The notes: a model not told the origin generated them from the letters alone. A stretch of 64,000 nucleotides of DNA from Candidatus Marinacidobacterales bacterium (GCA_965219415.1 CBDCNP010000001.1:160001-224000); one strand, 5' to 3'. Positions 1 to 10,921 are shown, counted from the stretch's first letter. Numbers and translations: made by a program.

Positions 1-168
1 CGGCGGTTGGCGCTGGATGCCCTCCCCCTCAGTCGAGGGACTACATTATACCAAAATCGCCGTAACTGTTCAAGTACAAGTACAAGAACTTGGAGCGTGG
101 CACCCGCTCCTTCCTCGACTGTGTTATCCTCCTCAACCCAGTGGTTGCCTTTTCGGCGCCCACCGTCC

Positions 169-3100
169 TTGGAGACAACGCTGCACCGTATCATATTTCT
201 GATTTCCCTGCTCTCCGTTTCCCTGGCCGCCAACTCGCCGGCCATCGCCTCCGCTCAAGCTGAAACCAGCCCGCTGAAGGCGGAAGCCTTCACGGGGTTG
301 GCCCTCCGGTGCATCGGTCCCGCTCGAATGTCGGGCCGCATTGCCGACATCGCCATCCATCCTCGGGATCGCAGTACCTGGTACGTGGCCGTCGGCTCGG
401 GGGGCGTCTGGAAAACGACCAATGCGGGGACCACGTGGACGCCCATTTTCGACGGCGAATCGTCGTATTCCATTGGCTGCGTGGCGATCGACCCCCAGAA
501 TCCGGAAATCGTGTGGGCAGGGAGCGGCGAGAACGTGAGCGGTCGCCACGTGGGCTATGGGGACGGCGTTTATAGGAGCCTCGACGGCGGAAAGACCTGG
601 AAAAACGTGGGGCTCAAGGCATCGGAGCACATCGGCAAGATCCTCATCGACCCCCGCGACTCGGATGTCGTCTATGTGGCGGCTGAGGGCCCCCTGTGGG
701 CGGCGGGCGGCGAACCGAGGTGTGTCTACAAGACCGGGGACGGTGGGGAGGAGACCTGGGACCACGTCCTCGATATCAGCGAGAACACCGGCGTGACGGA
801 TCTGGAGCTCGATCCGCGGAATCCCGACGTCTTGTACGCAGCCGCATACCAGCGCCGGCGACACATTTGGTCGCTGCTGGCAGGGGGTGAGGAGTCGGGA
901 ATCTACAAAACCACGAATGCAGGGGCGGACTGGAGGGAGCTCGACAACGGTCTACCTTCGGGAGACATGGGGCGTATCGGCTTGGCGGTGTCCCCCATCG
1001 AGCCCGACATCGTCTACGCCACCATCGAGGCGGGCGAGGATGACAAGGGATTTTACCGCTCGGCCAACGGCGGGGAGGGCTGGGAGAAGAGGAGCGACTA
1101 CATCAGCGGTGGAACCGGCCCTCATTATTATCAAGAGATCTACGCCTCGCCGCACAAGCTCGACCGTATCTACCAAATGGATCCTTGGATCCATGTCAAC
1201 GAAGACGGGGGGAAAACGTTCGACCGACTGGGCGAGCCCTATAAACACGTCGACAACCATGCCTTGGCCTTCGACCCGGATGATCCCGACTACTTGCTTT
1301 CCGGATGCGACGGGGGGCTGTATCAAACGTGGGACCATGCCGAGAGCTGGAGCTTCGTCGCCAACCTCCCGGTGACTCAGTTCTACAAGATGGCCGTCGA
1401 CAACGACTATCCGTTCTACAATGTCGTGGGCGGCACTCAGGACAACAACACCCAGGTCGGACCGTCACAGACCGGGAACCAGAACGGGATCCAAAACAGC
1501 GATTGGTACGTCACGGTTGGTGGTGACGGGTACGCCTGTCAAATCGACCCGACCGACCCCAACATTATCTACTCCGAGTCGCAGTACGGGGGCTTGATGC
1601 GCTACGACCGGCAAAACGGCGAGCTTCTGGATATCAAGCCTCAGCCGGCCAAGGGCGATCCCCCAGAGCGATGGAATTGGGACTCACCGATCCTTTACGT
1701 GGGGACCGATGACGGCATCATCCAAGTGACGGAAGATGGCGGCGGGAGCTGGCGGCGTATCGACACGTTTCCGGGCGTTCCCGATCTGGCGTTCGTCAGT
1801 GAGGTCAAGGCGTCGGTCCGCAACGCAAACACGGTCTTCGCCGTTCTCGACAACCACAAGGTGGGAGACTTCAATCCGTACATCTTGAAGAGCGCGGACC
1901 GGGGAGCGACGTGGACTTCGATCTCGGGTGACATGCCGGCGCGCCATATTGTCTGGTCCATTGTTCAAGACCACATCGATGCAAACCTGCTCTTTGCGGG
2001 GACGGAGTTCGGAATCTTCTTCAGCGTCGACGGTGGTGCACACTGGGTGAGGCTCGAAGGCGGAGTGCCGACGATCTCGTTTCGGGACCTCGAGATCCAG
2101 CGGCGGGAGAGTGACCTGGTGGGCGCGTCGTTCGGTCGCGGTTTCTACATCTTGGACGACTACTCTCCCCTTCGCAGGCTGGACGCCGCCACGCTGGCCT
2201 CGGACGCCCATCTCTTTCCGGTCAAGAACGCACTGCTTTATGTCCCCTCCATCCCACTCGGTTTGAGGGGCAACGCGAGTCTGGGCGGCAGTCATTTCAC
2301 GGCTCCCAACCCACCCTTCGGGGCGGTTTTCACCTACCATTTGAAGGAGTCACCCAAATCCAGCAAGGAGCTTCGAAGGGATGAAGAAAAGGAAATTCGG
2401 GAGAAGGGTGACGACGTGCCGTTTCCGAGATGGGAGGCCCTCGAGCGGGAAGATCGCGAGGAGGAGCCCTCGATCATTCTTACGGTGAAGGACGACGGCG
2501 GAAACGTCGTGCGACGCATCTCGGGACCTTCGGGCAAGGGTTTTCATCGGATCGCTTGGAACTTGCGGTATCCAGCGCCGAACCCGACCGACGTCGATCC
2601 ACCCGCGGTGACCTCGCCGTGGCAACGTCAACCCCAGGGCCCGCGGGCTATGTCTGGGCAGTACTCGGTGGAATTGAGCAAGTTGGTGAACGGGAAACTC
2701 GAGTCCTTGGGGGAGAGCCAGACATTTCAGGTCGTTCCCTTGGAGAACTCGACCCTTCCTCCGCAGAATCGTGAGGCGGTGCGCGCTTTCGAGAAGAAGA
2801 CCGCCGATCTCGTGCGAAGGGCGTTGGGGGCGGTCGATGCCACCGAGGAAGCGCTCAACCGGATCGAGCACTTGAAGCAAGCCATCGTCGATACGCCGGG
2901 CGCATCGCCGGAGCTTCTGTCGCAAGCGGAGGACATCGAGCTGCGACTCAAAGACGTCCAGAAGAAACTGGAGGGCGATCCGGTCGTCCGGCGGCTGCGA
3001 GAACCGCAGACGCCCTCGATCGTCGGGCGTATTTCACAGATCACGTACGGTTCGTGGAAGTCGACTTACGGGCCCACCGAAACCCATCGCCAGAGCTTAG

Positions 3101-3237
3101 AGCTTGCCGCCGAAGAATTCGCGGAGGCGAGCGCCGAGCTCCGGCGACTCACCGAAACGGACATCAAACAACTCGAGTCAGTATTGGAGCAAGCCGGTGC
3201 GCCTTGGACACCTGGTCGAGCCGTTCCGCAAGACTAG
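169..3237 (+). CDS. Secreted VPS10/sortilin-like BNR-repeat beta-propeller protein (glycosyl hydrolase-like)
   Basis: Signal peptide (IIFLISLLSVSLAANSPAIASA), IGPAxMSGRIADIA start motif, many SxDGGxTW BNR repeats, helical C-terminus. True start uncertain (169 TTG or 181 CTG after GGAG); the ORF is open from 7. Confidence 0.85.
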   Translation: METTLHRIIFLISLLSVSLAANSPAIASAQAETSPLKAEAFTGLALRCIGPARMSGRIADIAIHPRDRSTWYVAVGSGGVWKTTNAGTTWTPIFDGESSYSIGCVAIDPQNPEIVWAGSGENVSGRHVGYGDGVYRSLDGGKTWKNVGLKASEHIGKILIDPRDSDVVYVAAEGPLWAAGGEPRCVYKTGDGGEETWDHVLDISENTGVTDLELDPRNPDVLYAAAYQRRRHIWSLLAGGEESGIYKTTNAGADWRELDNGLPSGDMGRIGLAVSPIEPDIVYATIEAGEDDKGFYRSANGGEGWEKRSDYISGGTGPHYYQEIYASPHKLDRIYQMDPWIHVNEDGGKTFDRLGEPYKHVDNHALAFDPDDPDYLLSGCDGGLYQTWDHAESWSFVANLPVTQFYKMAVDNDYPFYNVVGGTQDNNTQVGPSQTGNQNGIQNSDWYVTVGGDGYACQIDPTDPNIIYSESQYGGLMRYDRQNGELLDIKPQPAKGDPPERWNWDSPILYVGTDDGIIQVTEDGGGSWRRIDTFPGVPDLAFVSEVKASVRNANTVFAVLDNHKVGDFNPYILKSADRGATWTSISGDMPARHIVWSIVQDHIDANLLFAGTEFGIFFSVDGGAHWVRLEGGVPTISFRDLEIQRRESDLVGASFGRGFYILDDYSPLRRLDAATLASDAHLFPVKNALLYVPSIPLGLRGNASLGGSHFTAPNPPFGAVFTYHLKESPKSSKELRRDEEKEIREKGDDVPFPRWEALEREDREEEPSIILTVKDDGGNVVRRISGPSGKGFHRIAWNLRYPAPNPTDVDPPAVTSPWQRQPQGPRAMSGQYSVELSKLVNGKLESLGESQTFQVVPLENSTLPPQNREAVRAFEKKTADLVRRALGAVDATEEALNRIEHLKQAIVDTPGASPELLSQAEDIELRLKDVQKKLEGDPVVRRLREPQTPSIVGRISQITYGSWKSTYGPTETHRQSLELAAEEFAEASAELRRLTETDIKQLESVLEQAGAPWTPGRAVPQD

Positions 3238-3253
3238 CGGGGTCGATTTCTAA

Positions 3254-3841
3254 ATGGAGACCCTGAAGAACCTCCTCCTCACCTGGGGCGTTCCGGGTTT
3301 GTTTTTCATCGCGCTCTTGGACTCCGCCGGAGTCCCCCTTCCGGGTGGCCCCGATGCCGTAGTCATGCTGCTGAGTTGGCAGCGCCCCAACTCGATGCTT
3401 TTCATCGCGCTTGCCGCGTCACTCGGCTCCACTGTGGGGAACTGGCTCCTCTACCAAGTTGGGAGAAAGGGTGGCGGAGCCGCGCTCGCCCGCTTCGACC
3501 CAAAGAAAAGAGACTGGGTGACGGACAAGCTCAAGCGGAACGACTTCTTGGCGATCCTGATCGCGATGCTCGGCCCGCCGCCGTTCCCCACCAAGATCTT
3601 CATCCTCATGGCCGGCGCCTTCGAGATGCGTATGGGGCGGTTCCTCCTAGCGGTGTTCAGTGGACGCCTTGTTCGCTTCCTCGGCGAGGCCTATCTGGGA
3701 GCGCGATTCGGTGACGAGGCGGCCGAGGTCCTCGCGAACCATTACGGGACGATCGCTGTCGTCTTGATTGGGGTGGTCGTGGGTTCCCTGCTGGGGCGGT
3801 ACTTTTGGTCTAGAAGGCAAGCGCCTGCGCCAACGCCTTGA
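3254..3841 (+). CDS. DedA/YqaA (VTT domain) membrane protein
   Basis: Hydrophobic 195 aa; GSTVGNWLLYQVGRKGG, PPPFPTKIF and GRLVRF motifs typical of the DedA/SNARE-associated family. Confidence 0.85.
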   Translation: METLKNLLLTWGVPGLFFIALLDSAGVPLPGGPDAVVMLLSWQRPNSMLFIALAASLGSTVGNWLLYQVGRKGGGAALARFDPKKRDWVTDKLKRNDFLAILIAMLGPPPFPTKIFILMAGAFEMRMGRFLLAVFSGRLVRFLGEAYLGARFGDEAAEVLANHYGTIAVVLIGVVVGSLLGRYFWSRRQAPAPTP

Positions 3842-5372
3842 CGCCCTTCTTGATATCCCTCTCGTCCAGGCAGGCATAGCCCATCACCAAGCCCGACCGC
3901 TTGCGAGGACCGAGGTAATAGCGAGAAAGCGGAGCGACATCTACACCTAGCTCGGCTGCTTTCTTCTCAACCCACTCGTCAAGCTCGGCAGGCTCGGGGT
4001 CGGATCCAGTTTTGTGCCCGCACAGAATTGGATCCGACCCCTGTGGCGAAACGAGATCCGACCCCGGTTCTTGCAGCTCCCCAATGAGGTGCATTCCGGC
4101 GTCTGCGGGCTGCACGGACAGGCGTCCCGCGAGATGGCGTCCCACCTCTTTCACTAGCATCGCTTGTCTCTCGCGGTAGAGCCGGCGCATGCGGCGGATG
4201 TGGGATCCGAAATGACCGCCATCGATGAAGTCGGCGACTACCGCTTGGGTAAGCGTGGAGCTGTGGCGGTCCACGAAACTGCGGGCCGCGATGAGCGGGT
4301 CCACGAGGTCGGGAGGTGCGACAAGGTAGCCAAGCCTCAGCGAGGGAAACAGCACTTTCGTAAAAGTCCCGACATAAATCACGCGCGCCGTGTTGTCGAG
4401 ACCTTGTAGAGCGGCCAGCGGCCGCCCCTTGTATCGGTACTCGCTATCGTAGTCGTCCTCGATGATCCAAGCACCTGCGGAGCGTGCCCAATCGAGAAGC
4501 GCGAAGCGGCGAGCAAGACTGAGAGTGGAGCCGAGTGGATATTGGCGAGACGGAGTGACGTACGCAAGGCGCGCACTCGGAGCCAACTCGATTCCGGTTT
4601 CGACTTGTAAACCCTCGTCGTCGACAGGAACCGGTACCAAAGAGAGTCCCGCCGCGGTGAAGGCTCCCCGCGCGCCGAGATAGCCGGGCTCCTCGAGCCA
4701 GACGGCGTCTCCGGGATCGGTTAGAACTCTGACCGCGATGTCGAGAGCTTGCTGCGAGCTCGTATTGATGATGATCTGTTCCGGCTCACACTGAACCCCA
4801 CGTGCCCCCGCCAAGTACGTCGCGATGGCTTCGCGAAGCGGTCGGTAGCCAGCCGGATCGCCATAGCAAAGATTTTCGCGACTCACGCGACGACTGCGTC
4901 GAGAAAGCAACCGATGCCATAGATCGACGGGAAACTGATCGACTGCCGGGACACCGGCAGCGAACGGCCGTGGGTTCATCGCATCTCGACCGATGGGTGT
5001 CGCGCTGATGGCTTTTCCCCGGTCTGAGATCGATCGCCCTTTCACCGGTCGGGCGGGCTTGGGTTTGGTGTCGCGCCGGGCGATGGTTCCGACGTCCTCT
5101 GCGATCGAGGACGCGACGTAGGTACCGTCCCCGAGTCGGCTCTCGACATATCCCTCCGCGACGAGCTGATCGATCGCGACGAGGATCGTATTTCGCGAAA
5201 GGCTCAGGTCATCGGCTAGAGTCCGGCTGGAGGGGAGGCGCGCTCCTCGGGGAAGTTTGCCCTCGAGGATCAGCTCGCGGATACGCTGATAGACCTGTTG
5301 GTACAAGGGCTGGGACGAGCTCGGGTCCACCATGGGGGCCGCAAGTAATGCTCCCATTGGACTTTTGGCCAT
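3810..5372 (-). CDS. MocR/GabR-family transcriptional regulator (GntR HTH + PLP aminotransferase domain)
   Basis: LPSSRTLADDLSLSRNT HTH; IIEDDYDSEYRY; GTFTKVLFPSLRLGY PLP-lysine motif. Confidence 0.95.
   Translation of the reverse strand: MAKSPMGALLAAPMVDPSSSQPLYQQVYQRIRELILEGKLPRGARLPSSRTLADDLSLSRNTILVAIDQLVAEGYVESRLGDGTYVASSIAEDVGTIARRDTKPKPARPVKGRSISDRGKAISATPIGRDAMNPRPFAAGVPAVDQFPVDLWHRLLSRRSRRVSRENLCYGDPAGYRPLREAIATYLAGARGVQCEPEQIIINTSSQQALDIAVRVLTDPGDAVWLEEPGYLGARGAFTAAGLSLVPVPVDDEGLQVETGIELAPSARLAYVTPSRQYPLGSTLSLARRFALLDWARSAGAWIIEDDYDSEYRYKGRPLAALQGLDNTARVIYVGTFTKVLFPSLRLGYLVAPPDLVDPLIAARSFVDRHSSTLTQAVVADFIDGGHFGSHIRRMRRLYRERQAMLVKEVGRHLAGRLSVQPADAGMHLIGELQEPGSDLVSPQGSDPILCGHKTGSDPEPAELDEWVEKKAAELGVDVAPLSRYYLGPRKRSGLVMGYACLDERDIKKGVKALAQALAF
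3996..4065. repeat. REP-like palindromic element inside the MocR CDS
   Basis: GGGGTCGGATCCAGTTTTGTGC-CC-GCACAGAATTGGATCCGACCCC (20/22 arm match), plus a third GATCCGACCCC at 4055-4065. Confidence 0.8.
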
Positions 5373-5483
5373 CCCGACCCTCCGGAGGACGGCACCCAGA
5401 TTGGCACCGTCGTCCCCATAATAGCGGATCTCTCGAAGGTACCACTTGCAGCCTATCCTCTACCCAGCATGCTATTCTGACGC

Positions 5484-6281
5484 GTGCTAGCGAAGCACCG
5501 ACTCGCCATAGCCTTCTTAACCCTCCTCTTCGTCCCGGTCGCGACCGCCAGCGCTCAAGTCCAGCTTTCCACTCCCCGTGATCGCTCGGTTCACGATTTC
5601 GCTGGCGTCATATCACCTCAAGACGCCGCCACGATGGAAAGACTCCACAAAGCGCTCTTCGACCAGACGGGCGTCGCGATCGTTGTGGTTACCGTTCCGC
5701 GTCTCGAGGGGGAGCCCATCGCAGACTTCGCCGTTCGCGTAGGCCAAGACTGGGGTGTGGGAAGAAAGGGCGAGGATCGTGGGATCGTTTTGGCCCTGGC
5801 CACCGAAGACCGGAAAGTGTTCATTGCCACGGGCTACGGCGTAGAGGGTTACCTCCCCGACGGTCGTGTTGGAAGGATCCTCGATCGGTTCGCGATGCCT
5901 TCCCTCAGACAAGGCGACTGGTCCACCGCGATGCTGCAAACGAGTACCGCGCTGGTGCAAGCCAGTGCCGAGGAGTATGGCGTTGTGGTCGGTGAAACCA
6001 GCAGCGTCGCACCCGAGAGGAGCAGCCCAAGGACTACCGCCCCAGGCGGGGCCTCACAGCGCAGACGTCCGGGGCTGCTCGGTTTCGTGTTTCGGATTCT
6101 CTTCTTTATCTTCATCGTGTACATGATCATTCGCCATCCGCAGCTATTATTTTGGCTGCTCCTCTCGGGCCGCGGAGGAAGGGGCGGATTCGGCGGTGGT
6201 GGTGGATTCGGTGGCGGTGGTGGTTTTGGGGGGTTTGGCGGAGGAGGCTTCGGCGGCGGCGGCGCCGGACGAAGTTTCTAG
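5484..6281 (+). CDS. TPM-domain (YgcG-like) membrane protein with Gly-rich tail
   Basis: VHDFAGVIS, WGVGRKGEDRG, IATGYGVEGYLPDG; C-terminal GGFGGFGGGGFGGGGAGRSF. Confidence 0.93.
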   Translation: MLAKHRLAIAFLTLLFVPVATASAQVQLSTPRDRSVHDFAGVISPQDAATMERLHKALFDQTGVAIVVVTVPRLEGEPIADFAVRVGQDWGVGRKGEDRGIVLALATEDRKVFIATGYGVEGYLPDGRVGRILDRFAMPSLRQGDWSTAMLQTSTALVQASAEEYGVVVGETSSVAPERSSPRTTAPGGASQRRRPGLLGFVFRILFFIFIVYMIIRHPQLLFWLLLSGRGGRGGFGGGGGFGGGGGFGGFGGGGFGGGGAGRSF

Positions 6282-6299
6282 CGCTCAGGAGGGATTAGC

Positions 6300-7016
6300 A
6301 TGGCTTCGGAATTGAAGGACCATCCCACACTAAAGAAGATCCTCACCGATCTCGAGGAATCCGTGGGTGACCGACTCCACAGCGTGGTGCTCTACGGATC
6401 GACGGCACGCGGCGACTACGAGAAAGCCACTAGCGACCTCAACTTGATCGTCGTCCTCGAGAACCTAGATCCGTCCACGCTCGAAGCACTCGAGCCTGCG
6501 TTCACCCATTGGCGCAAAGCGAATCAACCCGTCCCTCGCATCTTCTCCCCTACGCTCATTGCCGAGTCGGCCGACGTGTTTCCCATCGAGTTCTTCGATA
6601 TCAGCCGGCGACGGATCGTCCTTCAGGGGAAGGACCCGTTCGACGAGCTGGAAATCCACGTGAACCACTTGCGCCATCAGTGCGAAAGAGAGCTTCGCGA
6701 AAAGATGATGCGCCTCAGAGAAGCCTTCATCGAGACCCGAGGCAAATCGAAGGCCTTGAAGCTTCTAATGACCGAGTCCTACCCTTCTTTCGTCGCCCTC
6801 TTCCGGGGCTGCCTCCATCTCATGAACCAGGAAGTACCCATCCACAACGAGGAAGTCGTCGCCGCCTTCGGTGAGCAGGCCGACCTCGACACGGCTCCCT
6901 TTCTCGAGATCGAGCGGCTACGGGGCGGTGAAACGATCGACAGCGACCCCCGAGCCCTTTTCGATCGCTATTACAAAGAGCTCACCAAGGCCGTCCACCG
7001 TGTGGATCGCTTCTAG
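6300..7016 (+). CDS. Nucleotidyltransferase-domain protein
   Basis: LYGSTARGDY...SDLNL Pol-beta-like motif, ADVFPIEF; RBS AGGAGG. Confidence 0.8.
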   Translation: MASELKDHPTLKKILTDLEESVGDRLHSVVLYGSTARGDYEKATSDLNLIVVLENLDPSTLEALEPAFTHWRKANQPVPRIFSPTLIAESADVFPIEFFDISRRRIVLQGKDPFDELEIHVNHLRHQCERELREKMMRLREAFIETRGKSKALKLLMTESYPSFVALFRGCLHLMNQEVPIHNEEVVAAFGEQADLDTAPFLEIERLRGGETIDSDPRALFDRYYKELTKAVHRVDRF

Positions 7017-7020
7017 CCCC

Positions 7021-7075
7021 CTCCTCTTGACAATCTACAGAGCTCGGCCTATTCTCCTGTAGACCGTCTAGGAGA
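7021..7075 (+). promoter_or_regulatory. sigma70 promoter with two putative PadR operator copies
   Basis: TTGACA(7027)-17 bp-TATTCT(7050); palindrome TCTCC..TAGAC-C-GTCTA-GGAGA (7053-7075) and a related copy CTCCTCTTGACAATCTA over the -35. Confidence 0.7.
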
Positions 7076-7083
7076 AAGAGAAC

Positions 7084-7428
7084 GTGGCCGAAACCAAAAG
7101 CGACCTCTTACAAGGCACCCTCGACATGCTCATTCTCAAGACCCTGAGTCTGGATCCGATGCACGGCTGGGGCATCTCGCAGCGCATTCAGCAGATCTCA
7201 AAGGACGTGCTACAGGTCAATCAAGGCTCGCTCTATCCCTCGCTGCATCGCCTGGAACGACAGGGATGGATAGCCTCCGAGTGGGGAACCTCGGAGAACA
7301 ATCGCCGGGCCAAGTTCTATCGCGTGACGAGGGCAGGGCGGAGGCAGCTCGCCGAAGAAACCGAGAACTGGGAGCGATTGTCCGCAGCGATCGCCCGTAT
7401 CATGCAGACCGCCCAGGCAACTCGATGA
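7084..7428 (+). CDS. PadR-family transcriptional regulator (Acidobacterial type)
   Basis: [14 protein letters not shown]...MHGWGI...[11 protein letters not shown]...[13 protein letters not shown]. Confidence 0.95.
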   Translation: MAETKSDLLQGTLDMLILKTLSLDPMHGWGISQRIQQISKDVLQVNQGSLYPSLHRLERQGWIASEWGTSENNRRAKFYRVTRAGRRQLAEETENWERLSAAIARIMQTAQATR

Positions 7429-7441
7429 TGTCATGGGGTGA

Positions 7442-10094
7442 GTGGTGTTAAGGAAGATCGGCATCGCACTACGTAGCCTTTTCCAAAAGAACCGGGTCGA
7501 AAAGGATCTGGATGAAGAGCTCCGCTTCCACCTCGAGATGCAAACAAAAAAGAACATCGAACGCGGTTTAGATCCCGAAGAAGCTAACTACGCAGCTCGT
7601 CGTAGCTTTGGAGGGTTCGAGCAAGTGAAGGAGGAGTGCCGAGACCTGCGGGGTACCGGCTTCATAGAGACTTTCTGGCAAGACACGCGGTTCGCAATCC
7701 GAACGTTGATGAAGCGGCCGGGCTTCACCGCCATCTTCGTGTTGACGCTCACACTAGGCATCGGAGCGAACACCGCCATCTTCAGCGTCATCAACGGCGT
7801 CCTCTTGCGTCCGCTCCCCTACCAAGATGGCGAACAGCTGGTCGTCCTTCGTCAGCAAGCTCCCTTGGCCGACGTCGACAACATGCCTTTCTCGGTGAAA
7901 GAGATCTTCGACTATCGAGAGCAAAACCAAACGTTGGAAGCAATCGTCGAATACCACACCATGCCCTTCATCCTGCTCGGACGTGGGGAGCCGGAGCGCG
8001 TCCAAACCGGGGTGGTCTCCGCGGAATTTTTTGACGTCTTGAGAGTCCAACCCTACCTGGGCCGGACGTTCCTGCCTGGAGAGGACGAAATCGGTGCCGA
8101 TCCGGTCCTCGTGCTGAGCTACGAATTCTGGCAGAGGAACGGCGGCAATCCCGACATCGTGGGCCAGACGTTCGAGATGAACGACCGAGTCCACACCATC
8201 ATCGGGGTCCTTCCGCCGGTGCCTCAGTTCCCCGACGAAAACGACATCTATATGGCGGTTTCATCCTGCCCGTTCCGCTCCTCGGACGCTCTACGCGACA
8301 ATCGGAACGGCCGCATGATGCGGGTCTTCGGAAAACTCAAGCCCGAATTCTCCCTGGAAGAAGCCCAAGCCGATCTCTCGACGATCGCCCATCGGCTGGA
8401 GGGCGATTACCCAGAGTCCTACCCCAAGGCTCGGGGCTACGCGGTTGCCGCAAACTTTCTACAGGAAGAGCTCACCCAACAGGCACGGCCAACGTTGCTC
8501 GTCCTTCTGGGTACGGTTGCGCTGGTTCTTTTAATCGCCTGCGCCAACGTGGCCAACCTCACGCTGTCTCGCCTCCTCCGTCGCGAACGGGAACTTGCGG
8601 TCCGTTCGGCCATGGGCGCGAGCCGGGGTCGGTTGCTTCGGCAACTACTCACCGAGAGTACCTTGCTGGCCATTGTGGGCGGTGCCTTCGGTCTGCTTCT
8701 CGCCGCCGGTGCGCTCGATGTGCTGGCCGCCTTTACCGCCCGGTTCACCGCGCGTGCCGGCGAGATCGCCATCGACGGGCCAGTCTTACTCTTCACGGTC
8801 CTGGTGTCGATTGCCACGGGCGTCGTCTTCGGATCGATCCCCGCGTTTACCGCGAAACAAAACCTCGTAACCGCACTCAACGAGGGAAGCGGACGCACCA
8901 CGAGTGGCACCGGCGGCCATCGCGTTCGGAGCGTGCTCGTCGTGTCGCAGATCGCGATTTCTCTGATTCTGTTGACCGGTGCCGGGCTCATGATGCGTAG
9001 CTTCATCAAACTGCAGCAAGTGGACGGGGGTTTCCAGACGGAGCGAGTTCTAACCCTACTGCTCGATCTCAACTGGTCCAAATACGACACGGCGGACAAG
9101 CAGCGCGATTTTCATCGTTCTCTCCTCACCAAAGTCCAATCCCTGCCCGGGGTGACGTCGGCCGCAATTACTCGGACCTTTCCGCTCAACGAGATCGGGC
9201 CCGTTCACTCGGCGGCTCCAAATCGAGGGTCGCCTCGTGGAAGAAGGACAATTGTTGCCGCAAGTCGACATCCACACCGCGAGCCCGGACTACTTCCAGG
9301 CGATCGACATACCGTTGGTTAACGGGCGAACGTTCACGACACTCGACCATGCGGAAGCCCCGAGAGTCGCCATCATCAACCAATCGATGGCCCGCCATTA
9401 TTGGGAACGAGAAGACCCAGTTGGGCAGCGCTTGTCACTCGACGGCGGAGAAACCTGGACGACGATCGTTGGGATTCTAGGCGACGTCAGACAGTATGGC
9501 CTGGATACCGACGTCGAAGACGTCATCTATCTGCCTCTCGAGCAGTTTCCCAATCGCGTCACGAGCCTAGTCGCACGCACTGCCGCGAGCCCGCTCGCGA
9601 TGGGACGTCAGTTGACCAAGGCGGTCTATGAGGTGGACCCCAACCAGCCCGTTGCGAGAGTGCGGACGCTCGAACAAGTGCGAAGCGATTCGATCGCCGC
9701 GCCACGCTTGACGACTCTATTGCTTGGTCTCTTCGCGGGGTTGGCGCTCCTAATCACGGCGGCGGGCATCAGTGGAGTCTTGGCGCTTTCCGTCACCGAA
9801 AGAACGCGCGAGATCGGCATACGCATGGCCTTCGGCGCCACGCGCGCGGACATGCTCAAGATGGTTCTAAAACAAGGAATCGTCCTCGTGCTGATCGGAC
9901 TGGCGTTTGGGATCGTGGGCGCCTACGCCTTGGCTCAGCTCCTGTCCGGTCTACTCTTCGAAATCGAACCGACCGACCCGATCACCTTCCTCGCGGTGTC
10001 TCTCCTGCTGGCGGTTGTGGCGATCATCGCTTCGGCCCTGCCGGCGCGGCGTGCCACTGGGATCGATCCGATGAGCGCCCTGAGAAGCAACTAA
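7442..10094 (+). CDS. Duplicated orphan ABC permease (MacB/FtsX-like, ADOP type), frameshifted near 9200
   Basis: ELRFHLEM permease prefix, LLIACANVANL, RTREIGIRMA, PARRATGIDPMSALR; two overlapping ORFs (7442-9322, 9237-10094). Confidence 0.9.
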
Positions 10095-10176
10095 TCATCT
10101 CCCTCTCCCTTTGGGTGAGTACGGCGTCAAAACACAGCGTGCCGCTATCAAAGTGGCCAGACGCCGGGTGAAGGTC

Positions 10177-10921
10177 CTAATACCACTCCAGCAACCGCAC
10201 CTCGATCTCCGGCCGCTCCTTCAAGGGCGCGGCGAACTCGCTTAGATCCGACCCCCGATAGTGGTACGGGTAGACGATCTTCGGAGCGAACGCCTTCACA
10301 CAATCGGCCGCCTCATTGGGAGGCATGGTGTAAGGCAAGGTTCATCGTGATGAAAGCGACGTCGATGTTCTCGAGCGCGCGAATCTCCGGCACGCATTCG
10401 GTGTCGCCTGAGAAATAGATTCGCTTCCCCCCGAGCGTGAGGATGTAGCCGTTGCCCCGGCCCCTGTCGTGAAAGAGCTTACCCTCCTCGGGGCCGCGGA
10501 CTAAGTTGTACATCGGAACACCTTCGATCGCGACGCCAGCGACCATCCTGGTCTCGCCGTTCGCTAGGACAGTCGGATTCTCAATTTTCGAGGCCGCCGC
10601 GGCAGGCGCAACGACTGGCGTGCCCGATTTTCTGAGCTTGGTGATCATCTCAGGATCTAGGTGGTCCCCATGAATGTCGGTTACCAGAATGAGATCTGCT
10701 GGTGGTGCGCCCGAGTAGTCGCCGCGGCTCCAGGGATCAACGTAGATGACCTTGCCGCCGTACTCGATCTGGACGCTGCCGTGCGTGATGGGAGCAATCT
10801 CGATGTCTCCCCCACTGGCGGGGACGGTGTCGGAATCCCCAGCTATTGCCACGATGGCTTGGCCGAGAACGAATGGAAAGACGGCCACGAGAAACGCTAT
10901 CCCTATCTTTTTGGTCATCAT
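10177..10921 (-). CDS. Secreted MBL-fold metallo-hydrolase, frameshifted near 10330
   Basis: Signal peptide, TDIHGDHLD, YFSGDTE; the C-terminus (YPYHYRGSDL...EVRLLEWY*) continues in another frame to TAG at 10177. Confidence 0.85.

Noticed and set aside
71-88. CAAGTA-CAAGTA-CAAGAA tandem hexamer near the window start
   Set aside because: It could be an operator for a gene outside the window, but it is too short and lacks context to support a call.
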